From: Marsupella aquatica
Taxonomy: Eukaryota; Plantae; Marchantiophyta
DNA: 64,000 bases
Assembly: GCA_973895155.1 (NCBI GenBank)
Contig: OZ316893.1
Location: 18,383,836 to 18,447,835, forward strand
Direction of reading: 5' to 3'
The notes under the pieces are model-generated. The model had not been told where the DNA came from and searched no databases. It saw only the letters and a list, made by a program, of their open reading frames with translations. The translations under genes and the position numbers were made by a program. Shown here piece by piece: positions 25,741 to 38,172 of this stretch (position 1 is its first letter; each line of letters begins with the position of its first letter).

Positions 25741-28700
25741 CTATAAACCATGAGCATTTTTCCTCTCTAATATGAGCCGAACCTCTCCAACAGTGAGAAT
25801 TGGTTGGCTGGTCAATGTAGATTCCTCAACGTCTAGTTTGAAAACGGTAAGGAAAATCCAATACAAATGTTTGCAAGGCATATATGGATGTTTCCGAGAA
25901 TGCTGCCGGTAGAAATCCTCACACGAGCAAGTGGGGAAAATGCAAATTTGAACAAAGTAACAATTTGGCGTCCGCATATTTTCGTGCATTTGCACCTTAA
26001 ACTGCTTTCCCCATGCATTCCCAATCGCAACATCCCACTCTCCCTGAATGGACATCGTCTCTTTTTTAGCAGAAGCAATTATGTTCATGTGACCCTGGGT
26101 AAGATTTGACCGAGGAACCGTATTCCTCCAATTCCGGCTTCGGAGACGAACATTGGGTTTGAGAAGATTCACATGTTCTGGAAAGATATTGACATTGATT
26201 CGAAGATCAAAATCTGACGGGGGTCTAGTTGTACGTTCATTTCCGTGCACTAGGGAGATTCTGTTGTCAAGAAGATATTGCAACTCGTCTTCCAAAACAT
26301 TTGTCCCTTTCAAAATGGGAAGAACATTAGGGAAAGGGGGCAGGTTCAATACACCTCGACGCGGGCGGCTTCTGTAACATGTATTGTTTGGGCAAAACCA
26401 AGTCATTTCGGTTATGGGTTCCCCCTGAAAATGCGTTGTCCTTTGACAACAACGCCGATAACACCATGTGGTGAGGGAAATCCAACTCTTTTCACGCGAT
26501 TGCGACACTCGTCTCTTTCAGAATTACGGGAAAATGATCCGTTGCACTGAGGACCAGCACCAAATTTTGAAGTTTGACGTAATTGCCATGCAGTTGGAGC
26601 AACCTCGGTCTCACGGACAGGACACTCTTGTAACGGTTGCTGAAGCACGGAGGGAGCAGTCTGGGGAAGCCTCGTTGAACGCATTCGGTCTCGAGTAGGA
26701 GGGGTATTGAAATCGACATCTTCTCCACCGCCCAAAATGTCACTTCCAGACAGATTAACAACAGGATTAACTTGAGGCGTGGGGCCAGGGATAGCATCAA
26801 ACGTCGTGCGATTAAGATTCTTCCTTTTCATCGATCTAGTATTGGGCGAGGTGACAAGGATTTTATCATGCCTATGGGAGTCTTGTGGCGAGATATTCCC
26901 AGATGCATGTCCTTTCCTCTTCAAAGATTTGGTGACAACGTCTCCATTGAGAGGTGCACGTCTCTCCAAGTCAAACTTGGCAGCGTTGGATAGTAGCATA
27001 TTCATTGCATCTTCATACAACTTGGGGGAGCCTGCCTGGTCCGCTGATCGGAAAGCGAGTTCCCAAATTGTGGGACCTTTTCCTCTATGCAACCCTTTCC
27101 GATACGCAGTGTAAGCAGCAACCTGAGAAATAGCTCGATTTTGGTCCATTTCACATGCCTCAAAGAGGCCAACCTTTTTCTTCATTACCCGTGCTTTCAT
27201 ACCTGTGTGCACCGACTCTGATCCTGTACAATTAGGAATCTTAGCCCCTTCTTCGACACTCTTGTTCTGCAATTACATAGAATAAATTGTCTGTTATGCA
27301 ACAAGAAAACACTAGCGTCGGGCGCTAGTGAAGTGGAGTATGTACCTAGAAGTAAAAACTGGCACTGTCCATTAAGGGACAACTTATTGCGTCGTATTGT
27401 GTCATATGACAGTTTGAATAAATGATAGCGCCAGGCGCTAGTATTAAAGGATGCTATGGTATTGTAATATTTGAATATGGATACAAACATTTTGTAATGA
27501 GAATATAGCACAGCAATACCTAAAGAGCGGAAAGCAAAGTAAACTAACTTACCAAACGAATAAAATTTCCCCATTGCCTCCACCTGACGACCCACCATGA
27601 AATCCAACTCTGGAGCATCCGGAGCTTCCCCGGACACAGTTACCCGACTGCCACCACAAATCAATCTCCCTTGAAATTCTGTAAGCCTCTACAAACATGG
27701 GGGCATTTCGCATCTTATCCCAAAGCCTACGATGCTCTGCTTGACTCTCTTCAATCACTCCTTCAACTGAATGGCGATGGAAGGCTTGGTAGAAATGGAA
27801 TGCGTCAGTTTGCTCACGCTCTGGGTTTGGATGCCCTCCAAAAAAGACATTTTGGACTGCCAGCCAACCAGCTTGAGCATTGTCCGCCATAATCCATGAA
27901 TAATCGGATTTTCTAATCCATTCTCCTTGGACACCTCAATCATTAGTCTCCAAGCCTTCTCGAACGACTCTCTATCCTTTGCTTTTAGTTCGCAGGTAAA
28001 TAAGGTACACAGAGCGCGATAGTTGTGATCGTAAATATGCGCACTAAAAGTAACCCAGTCTTTTGTGAGTCGTTTCATCACATCAAAACTTACCCAAGCA
28101 CCTTCGAGACTTCCACCAGGTTGCATTTGTCTCAAAAGATCGACGCCTGATCCATGGCCGACCGAAGTCAGCTTGAATATGTGAGGACGGTCTTCTTGAG
28201 ATCCTTGACCTAGCTGGTAGGAGGTACCTTTGGAGGAATGGCATGTTGATATTTCTTTGATACCGAACAAGAAAATCAAGTTCACCTCGACCTTTCTGGT
28301 CCTATCTAACACTACGAAAGAGGGACGCAAACTTCTGGGGTGTGGAAACTACCATGAGCGACTCAAATATCTCTGTTTCTTCAATATCTTGAATATCTTC
28401 CACACTTTCACACAGGACTTTACAAAGGACCCTGTCGCCACATTTTTTACACCAGCAGGGGTGAAAATTGGATTTCCTTCCAATTTCTTTTTGATAACCT
28501 CCTCAACAATCTTCTCTGCGCTCCGAGAAAACACCTTTCTTGAAGGATGGTTGTGGATCCCCATATGAATTGCCAAGCGGGACATGTGAGTACAGGTTTC
28601 TGAGTCAACTAGAACCTGAGGGTACATGTAAAATAACCTTGCTGGACAGGATTGGACACAAAATGGAACTTGATCACAAAATTGGCAAACAACTCCACCT

Positions 28701-29557
28701 TCGTCAATGAAGGAGCCAACACGATGTTGCCCGCCAAGTTTGGGGGTTCCACCCCACGCCTTCTGGTTCCTCCTTTTCTTCCATCGAAAATAGTCGCAAG
28801 TATTATTCCTACACTCAATGGAACCAATACACATTACTTTACCAAATTCCCAATATTTCTTGGGATGAACATTAGCTGATGTAGGAAATATTCTGGTCCA
28901 GATGTAGCAATCCTTTGACCGGTCCATGTCGCGCAGACGTGACCCCTTTGAAAGAGCTCCCGCAGGAGGCAACTTGAATACAATATTTCCATTGTATTTC
29001 TTTGGCAAACAGCCGACTTGTTCATGGCAGAAGTCCCCAGCCGTGATGAACCTCGAGATTTCATTGGAACCAGTTGACTTGAGAATGGTATCCATTGCAC
29101 TTCTCCGATACACAATGGAATTTTTGGTAAAAACTCCTGTAACCTCTTGTTTAATAGGGGTAACCTCCTATTTAACAATTGTGTGAGGGGGTTTAGCACT
29201 ACGCTCAGGCAAACCAGAAGGTCCATCATCGTCGCTATCTGAAAGCAAGACAACATCAACAAAGGGTTTGGATGAAGATGGGAGATCAGATGCGACTGGT
29301 TTTCGAATGACAATAGAATACCGAATTCTTGCATTCAGGTGCCAAAAACGAATCCCATCATCAACATCAAAAGAAGCAGTGAAATTAGAGGTTTCATCGC
29401 CGTTTCCCTCCAAAATGTCCTCAATGTCGTTCAAATCCAAACCAAAGCGCCCACAGAGATAATTCTCACTAACTTGCTTGTATACGTCATTGGCCGACAA
29501 TGGAATGGATACAAGGTCACCGGTAGACGGACGCGTTAGAACGATTGACCTCGACAT
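25741..29557 (-). pseudogene. A2 transposase gene (GCM-like Zn domain, Mutator-type DDE core, Cys-rich domain, SWIM); intron about 27550-27268; several lesions
   Basis: DCYIWTR...KVMCIGSIECRNNTC...CQFC...CPAR...HMGIHNHP, WVSFDVMKR, MADNAQAGW, DAFHFYQ, SESVH, CSCEDF...PCKHLYW. Confidence 0.85.
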
Positions 29558-30525
29558 TGTAAGATCATCCAACCCAAAAACACTTAGTTCACAATAATGA
29601 ATGACGTCTTCGAATGCACACAATGGTATTCATAGTGAATAATCCGTTTGTCAGAGCCGTTAGAATACGACAGAATCACTACCGGTCGAAAGCACATCTG
29701 ACACAATAAATGTTTTTTGTCGTTATGTCAACGACATTTACACTAATGAGCCTAAGATGTCAGTTTCCGAAGAGCATAATCATGTTTATTAAATCATCTT
29801 AATTGAGTAGCGCCGGGCACTACTCAAACATCCTCACTCCAACATGGACCCAAAATGGTGCAATATATGTTTAGCGCCAGGCGCTACTCAAACCCACACC
29901 CTAAATTGTGGTATTAAACTGGAATATTTTATCCGGGGTTTCAGAATAGATCCTAATGTTTGTAGCTATTTTCCAAATATTATCTAAAATTTTACCAAAA
30001 TGTGCCCATTTAATATTAGCGTCGGGCGCTAATCTAGAACGGTAATCATGATATTCATTTAAGGAAAAATATTCAAAAATTGTATTCATTTTATTTTTTA
30101 TTTTATACTTCAGGGTCAATGTTGTCCTAACTTAGGGAAAATTTAGGGTTTAAATATTGATCGTTTTGGGTAGCGTCGGGCGCTACTATTGACCAATATC
30201 AGATTTGACCTAGGAATATAGATTAAAATCACCAAACTATTCTTTAACGGTCATATTCAACGGTAACTTTAGGTCCCGTAACGTTGAAGATATGCCAACG
30301 GTATTCGAACAACTAATCCAGAATTGACAAGTGGCGCTCAGGAGAATGTCGTAAATAGATATCAATGTAGCGAGGGGATAGTTTAGAGATGATACTCTCC
30401 CCACCTCCCTTGTCCACGGTATTTAGGTTCCGTTTCGGAGGTTCTTCGTGCAAGAATTCTCTAGAAGAAGTACGGTACGAATGAGGTACTCATCACGATC
30501 GTTAAGCACTTCGTGTATGCGAAAC

Positions 30526-33500
30526 ATGGACCCTCTCCCCACCACCTCGCATGGGTATAGTGCTAACGGGCAGAGAGAGCAGATCCATTCCCAGACATCC
30601 GAGTGCTCATTTTCTGGATCTGTTTATAGTCGTCGTGTGACACGGTCTACAGCATCCCAAGATCCCGAAACAGTCGCGGTAGTCACATTTCCAAAGATCA
30701 GGAGAGCGAAGATGGACGATCTCGACACATACGCTGTGGAAGATCGAGGAGAAATGTCACTGACGATGTCCGACATTATCTCCAAGCACGTTATGGTGTT
30801 TGGCAAGGATTTTTGAGGGCACGACAAAGACCCCCCAAGGATTCTAATGTGCCGCTTGGTTCACATGGAAGTTGTCCGCAACTTATAGAAGGGAAGTCCT
30901 TCAATTGAAAAGTTGAAGGACTCTTTTCGTAGCACAGGATACAACTCAAAAATCGGAATGTTGTTCTATGTCTAGCCGACAGATTCGAATGGGAATGTCC
31001 AGACGTGTACTCCAGAAATTCGAGCGACCTGGGACCCGGTGTGGGTGGCCGAGAACGAGAAGTTTGAAGCTGAATGTGCGGCCGATCCAGACTTCATGGT
31101 GTTACAAGATAAGATGTTTTATGTTTTTGACGGTAACCATCGACTTTACGCATGGTCGATCGTTACGAAAGAAAATCCGGAAGATAGCAAGTATCACCCG
31201 CGTGTGCAATGTACTATCTTCAAGGGTGAAAAGGGATCTTTGATTGAGATTGAGGCGGCTATGCATACTGTGAACCAATAAGTCTCTCTTTGAATTTCAC
31301 CTATCCTTATCTTTTATAGTGTAGTTTTTACTAGCGCCTGGCACTATTGACTGACAAATTCTTCTGTAGACTTGGACAGGCCGTGGTGGAACCTTCCTGG
31401 ATACTTGATGCAGACTGAATTAAGAGGATTTTGTCCAACGATCTAGAATACTACAAATCAATCATCGATGGGGCAAACTTCAAGAAGTTTGGGCAGGTGA
31501 TGCAGAAGACTCAAAAAGGATCGTGGTATTCCAAGAAAATGCCTCAAGAAGCACTTCTGTATATCTTATGCGAGAATAAGATTAAATCCTATTCTCGACA
31601 ATTCAAGATGGACATGGAATCGGCTACCGCTCAGGGAAATCCTTGGTCTCAGGAAGAGACATCCAAACGACATGCCGTCATGATGAAAGAAGCAACGAAG
31701 GATTGGGCAATCAAGGTCTCAAAGATCACTCCCTTGTTGAGTCCTGAGTTTGAAGACTTCATGACAACCTGTGTTGAGATGTATCCGATGACAGAGGTGA
31801 ACAAACGCGAGAAGAAACCGGATGCGGTTGTCTATACCATGGATCGTGCCAGGTTATTTATAGCTGTCTCCGCCCTCGACCCCAAATTGAGGAGCACTTT
31901 GTTAGTAGCGCATTGCACGCCAAAGCTCAGGAAGCAGTTCTTTCATCCGCAAAGTGTTAGCGATGACCCTGTGAAGCAGTGGTGCCACACTTGGCAAACT
32001 TGGAATAGCGTGGAGGGAATTGCCATTGGTATGCTGCAGACTGCCCTCCAGCAAATCAGTGAAATAATTCCTTCCAATCGATTGGAGGAATGGAAGTGTG
32101 AGTCTTATGATTCACTCGTTGAAATAGTGTGCAATGATTTCAAAAAATTTGGGGATGCAGTGAAAGGTAAGTTTTTCAATACGATGTGGATGTCCAAGTA
32201 CCCGGACAAGGAAGACTACACACTCAAGAATCAAAAGCGAGCGAAACGATATGTCTATCGTTTCTTCATGCACATGGAGATTGTGAAGCCTAACTATTTT
32301 CGGGATTACCCAACTGCTTTCCAGAATTGGGTCATCTGCGCAGATGGAGACATTTTGGCCAAACTGTATTTGATGTATCCCGTTGAGGGTATACTTCCAC
32401 CGAGGAAATTGTCCGAGTGGGAGAGAATTCACTGCCCTTGGTATCTTGACACCGACAGATGGGATTCTCCTTTTGACGACACTGAGAATGATGCTTTCCA
32501 TAAACTGTCTAAATCCCAAGTTCCTAGACAATTTGTCTCCAACATGAAGCAAGGAATTGAGGGGGACGTCAACTCGTTGACGACTGAGTTGCAAAAAAAA
32601 TGCGAAACCACAGTGGTTCATGTTGATCGAAGCCGAAAACCAAGAGCCAAAGCCAAGGCAGATGCCCCTGTGGCAAGTGCTAGTGCCAAGTCTGCAAAAA
32701 AATGTAAGCTACACCTCCTTCTTCCGACTTCCTTATTTGGTAGCGCCTGGCGCTATCATGTGTCGTAAGTTTAATGTGTCTTATTTACCAAAATTAATGT
32801 GGGTGTTTGGTCAGCGCCTGGCGCTAACACTCTTTCTGTGCTTGACACCGTTTTTTGGTAGGTGGTCGAAAATCTGATGCCGCCACGGATGACACAAAAG
32901 TCGATGCAACACCAGAAGTCTCTGAGGCCAACACTGGTGCCAATCCAGACCCCATCACCCCCGTTGAGAAGGGGAAGGTTATAGTTCCTGTGGATGCTAC
33001 AAGCACAAAGAAGAAGAAGAAAAGGACCATCGATGCCTGGGAATCATCGCGAGATAATGCTTCTGGGGCCGGTATCCAACGGGATGTGGGGACTTTCAAG
33101 ACCAAACTCGGAAGACACTGTATGGTCGAATCAAGCTTGGCAGAATTCATTGATAGTGCATTTAGTAAGGAAGAGAAGCCAAATTGAGTCTCAGATGCTG
33201 AGAAGTGGAGTAAGGATTTGATCAAATCGGGGTGTAGAGATAAAGGAATCACTCGAGGTGGGAAGGAACGATCATTTGGGGTGAATGCGGGTTTCATCTA
33301 TCTGACCGTCGGGTCCCGAAATGGAATGTCACAGATCACACAGCAGCCAAATCATTTTTTCGGGCGATGGACCCTTTCCTTTCCGATGACGGCATGCTCG
33401 CTATCTTATACTCGGATGACCACGATCAGATTTCCCAGGTCATTTCTGCATGTCATCAATCCAAGAAGTTCATGTGCATCAATACGCACAATGTTTTCAT

Positions 33501-34651
33501 GTCTGTCCCAATGTACAGATCCAAGACAGATGTCCAGGTAAATGTTCTCTCTGAGTAGAGCTATACTAGCGCCCGACGCTACTCTTTCTTTCTTAGGAGG
33601 TCTTCTGTCATGAATAAGAGATTTTTAAAATCCAGTTGGTTTGTCAACTTTTGCAGGTCTTCACTCTTAGACTAGATATATTTTGTCGAGTTTCTTTTAA
33701 AGGAAAGGTCCCAAAGGATCCAAGATTCAAGCCGTTATCTAGCGCTGAAGATCCTTCAATCTCAAACCTTATTGGGCTACGATCTTTGAAGGAAGATCAT
33801 TGTCCTGAACTCCATTTTATTGGGAATTCCCGACTACCGGTTGGTTTTATGCAAACTGTCCTTGAACTCTTTACGATACCTAAGGATATTGTAATTGATT
33901 GGACCGTCGGCTCAGGTAGTACGTTCATTGCTGGGGATTACTCGGGCCATTTTGTCATCGGGTTAGAAAATCATCGGGAGTTTGTTGAGACCGCTTCGAG
34001 GATTTTTTTGGATCTCATTTCTCCCAAACCTTTGGAGACACAACCTCCCCCTCCTCAAATAATCGGACAAAAAAAGAAAGATAGACTTAGATCTGTCCTC
34101 AACTTTGATTCAGATGAAGATGATGGGACGCCAGAAGATGATGTTCCCGAGGATGTCAATGATGGCGGGAAAGAGGAAACCCGACATGATGGGTCAACGG
34201 AGGACAGCGAAGAGTCTTCCAAGTAATTTTCGTCTCTCGTAAGCTCCTTTATCCTTTCAATTGTTGGCTAACCATCAATTCCACCGGTTCTATTGGTTAA
34301 GTACTTACTTCCTCTTTCTCTTCCGCTTCTCTTTTGAGCAGGTCAGAATGGAACCAAAGAAAACAGTTTCAACTCCGGAGGAAAGTGGCTCGAAATGTAA
34401 TCATCACTCCCGAGAAGCCATTTGTGTTGCCATCATACGCTGAGAACGTCGCGAGGAAGGTAGAGAAATTTAGAATGCTCTGCTGGGAAACAAAAGGACT
34501 TAGGCTTCTTAGGGGAGTAGACAGGAAGTTCATGAGGAACCCCTACGTAGATGATGTTTCTAGAAGCAAGTATATTGATGATGAGGCAGAGTCGACCGAC
34601 AGATCTCATAGCTCCCAGAATGAGAGCTCAGAATATGACACTGAAGGGTAG
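30526..34651 (+). pseudogene. A2 second gene: ParB/Srx-like domain, helical region, amino-methyltransferase-like domain and acidic C-terminal exon; introns about 31280-31369, 32704-32861, 33538-33656, 34223-34340
   Basis: FYVFDGNHRLYAW; PFLSDDGMLAIL; RLPVGFMQTVLELFTIPKDIVIDWTVGSGSTFIAG..SGHFVIGLE. Collinear homologue at 45380-49816. Confidence 0.75.
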
Positions 34652-37274
34652 CAATTTTCTCCTCTATCAGGTCAAACTTCCTCCCAACTGTACGAGTATG
34701 ACCTTGGTTTTTGTTAGCGCCAGGCGCTATTGAATTTATTAAATATGAATTGAGTTTGAGGGAGGTTGCCCCTTCCATTCAATGGTTAATGTGGTCTTTA
34801 GTAACGTCCTTTGTGTGGGTTCCTCTCCTTGTTTAACTAGCGCCCGACACTCCCCAAAAAACACGTTGGAAGTTTCCGTTTGATATTTGTCGTTTCCGCC
34901 CTAGTGTCATTTGGCTTTCAGTCGGCGACTGGTATCATCAAGAGGACCAATAACGGGAAATCCAAGCCCCTTATAAACATACTATTGTTTCTTTCAAAGT
35001 CCATTGCTCTCATTTTTCTCCTTCTCGATTCCATGGAAGGCTAGTGTATCGACAGCCCACGAGAGCATATGTCAACTTCCGAGTAGATGGTTTCCGTCAA
35101 GATCTAGATCGTCAGGACACTGGGATTGATGATGACTGTCACTCTTCGAGCTAGGACATTGTACGAGGAAGCACCCACCGGGAGTATTAGTGCCTGGCGC
35201 TAGTTACAATTGTACTGGCAACTTTAGTGTTCCTATGTAGCAATATTTGTACATCGAGGACAATATGTTTCACTTAAATAAAAAAGCTCGGGTTTCTTTT
35301 CTTTCAATTTCCCGTTAGAAGTTATGACTCAGATACCTTGGTTAAGTCCTACTTCTGTGCTTTGATATTGAACTTAGACTATTAGTAATGTTTGGTTTCT
35401 ACTTGGATCTCAGCCTGAACATCAATCCTACGTTCTCGTGATTTTCTCCACAAAGCATTAGAAGCGGCCGGCTCTAGTATTTGGCATGTTGGGGCGATTA
35501 ATGTTTCATTATTTTGGGTTTGAACGCCCGGCGCTAGTATTCGGCATGATGCGTTTGTGATTGTTTTGCCTGTAGACTCTCGGCGCTAGTATTTGGCATC
35601 GCATAATTATCAGTATTTTAGGAACGGATTTTTTTAAGTTTGCCACAATACCAGGAGAAATGTGCTCCCAAAATAGGAAATTTTGCTGTTACCAGTTCCT
35701 GTTATAGTTTTCTGTTTGTTGTTTACTGCCTTTTGTAAACACCTCGTGCCGATGATGCCTGCCCCCATCATGGTTCGATGCATAGGTTGCCATGTCCCCT
35801 GTGATCAAATTTACAAAGGCCCCCACAACATATTAAACCCCAAGCATAAACGTATCCCGCTATGTTAACCAAAATAACGTCCATCCACACGACGTTCTTC
35901 TAAAATTAACGTCATTTTTTAGGTTGTGGGGAGGTTGCCGAATTTATTTTACGTCATAATGTACGACGTACTTAATAAGTTAACGTCGTTCGGTATGACA
36001 TAATTATGTGTAATGTCGCCACTAAACCCTACACCCCTGGTTAACATTGTGATTAATGACGTTAAATTAGGGTAACGGCGGGTCTCCAAGGTTCGTGGGC
36101 TACGGTTGTTTTCCTTTAACAAAACATCGGGAAGTGACTCGAATGTGACTCACATTCAACATTCAACACTTCCCCTCTCCCCCTCTCAACCTCCTATCTT
36201 AACAGTGAATGACTATGGCTCATCCAGACTATCTCCCTTCCAGTGGAGATTTTGATGCAGACTTGGTGGCTATGGATGATCCAGGGGAGTTAGAAAAGGT
36301 GCGTAAAGCTATGCAATCAACACATTCGCTGATACATGCTTTCAACCAGAGTTGGAAGTTCTTGGGAGGAAAAGGAAGCAAGGAGTCTCAGTTTCTGGAG
36401 TACCTGGAAAATATAGAGGCCAATGCTCCTGCCCTCGATGATTATGTGGAAACTGAGAATGCAATGCTCTTGGGGGAGGATGGGGGGCCTTTGATCGATG
36501 CTCTCAACTCCTTCCCGTCCCTACTAGATGATGGGTGGGACGATCCTGCCTTCAATGGAATGCAGCCTGATTCTCAGGCACCTAGTGGGACCCCAATCAA
36601 GAGCGTGGTCAGGGTAGCACATGACAGATTCCAGCCTGATCAGGATCGGGACTCTCGCAGGCGGAGGAGGCATCGTGATAGAACACACAAACAGCAATAG
36701 CAGCCTTGATGAGAGAAGACGGAAGGGGAAAGGGAAGGAGTATAGAGATGCAGATCCACACAGTAGAGGTACATACAAAAGAAGAAGAACAGAGGGAGAT
36801 GCAAGGGCAGACAGAAGAGAGAGGTACTCACCTCAACGTGAACATCACTCCCACAAGAAGCGACAACCTTCTCTTGTGCGACCTGTAACTACTGCTGTGA
36901 GTCGAGACAAACTCCCAACCATCACCTTGGATGCGTTTGATGCTAGGCCGGATGTTCTGGATGAGAAGGCCCTCACAAATTGAGTGCAGACGTGTTGTGC
37001 CAAGCACTGTCCTGGTTGGACAACTTGGAAGGATCTCGCGCAGAACCCAAAGAAGTTTCAGCTCCTCCTGAACAATGTGCAAGCTGGGTTTAGGAACGGC
37101 CGTGAAATAGACTACAGGCACATTAGACAGAAGATCGTAGGCTACCTGCAGATCGGAGGTTTAGATGGAGAAACAAGGTTCGAAAAATGAGATGCCCAAG
37201 GACAGAGCAATACCTGAAACCAGAAGGAATGAGCAACGCCGACTTCAAGTTGATCGTGCCTGAGTTGGAAGCAG

Positions 37275-37372
37275 CACCTGACACCTGACACTTGACACCT
37301 AACACCTGACACCTTTGTCCCCCATGTGCACTTGCTTGCCTACAGGCAAGCGAGTGCACATGGGGGACAAAG
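37275..37372. repeat. 7-bp tandem array (CACCTGA-like) followed by a 29-bp-arm hairpin
   Basis: Arms at 37313-37341 and 37344-37372, one mismatch, 2-nt loop. Confidence 0.9.
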
Positions 37373-38169
37373 CTGCTGCAGCCCGCAAATCAAATGGCCG
37401 CATGCGTGTGACCAATTTCTGGGGCCAGGGAGGATGGCGAGGCTTCCTTGCAACCTATGTAAGTCCCCCACCCTCTTCAAAGCACAACTTGTTCATGCTT
37501 CGGCCGCTGCGATGAGAACATTGAATTAACGTCGTTTTTCTCCTCTAACGTCGCAAGTTCTAAATTTTACGTCTAAACCCCCTACGTTCATCCTACCTAA
37601 CGTCGTCTCTCGCGACATTACATTTAATTAACGTTGTTTCTGCATCATTAATATGGCAGTTCCACTCTATACCTTGTCTTGGACGACGTTAATTAGAAAA
37701 TGTCGTTAGGTACATTGTAATTAACGACGATGGTGACGACGTTCTCCAATTCCTGCAGAAACGCAAGTTTGGAGCCAACGTCGAGCCAAGTGAGCAGGAG
37801 CGGTTCTATTCAAAACGCTATGGCCCGGTGGCCCTATGGGCTAAGCTGGACTCTGTCCCCGAGGACCACCCAATGGTAAGTTACATAGTCAGGTTAGGTT
37901 CCTTCTATACTAGGTTTTGCATCCACTATTTGTAGGAGGTAAACTGATCCCTTATGTCATGTCCAAGAGGATTGGAGTCCTCCAGAGGGGTTAGTGGCAT
38001 GGCCCATTGCGGAAGATGAGGAGGCAGATCATGGAGGGGAGGAGCCTGATACGCAGGAGGAGGCCTTAGTAGACTGTGGGCAGGAGGGCAGTTTAGGTAC
38101 ACAGGGCCGGTCATCTTCTAACCTCTCCCCTCCAGTGGAGACTGATAGGGGTCATACCAGCCATAGACG

Positions 38170-38172
<3 letters not shown>

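Larger units (their letters stand above)
25141..35745. mobile_element. Family A Mutator-like element, complete copy A2 (10.6 kb, two divergent genes)
   Basis: TSD GTGCCGAT (25133-25140 / 35746-35753; a ninth G is ambiguous). Removal restores host frame MATYASNHDGGRHHRH-RYHHHHRG. Confidence 0.88.

Noticed and set aside
30526-34226. Bacterial or phage contamination suggested by ParB/MTase motifs
   Set aside because: The gene has GT-AG introns at positions shared with a second copy and sits within TSD-bounded nested plant transposons.
25515-35588. Palindromic repeats as a CRISPR array
   Set aside because: The repeats are 15 bp, irregularly spaced (60 bp to more than 2 kb), lie in spliceosomal introns, and no cas genes are present.
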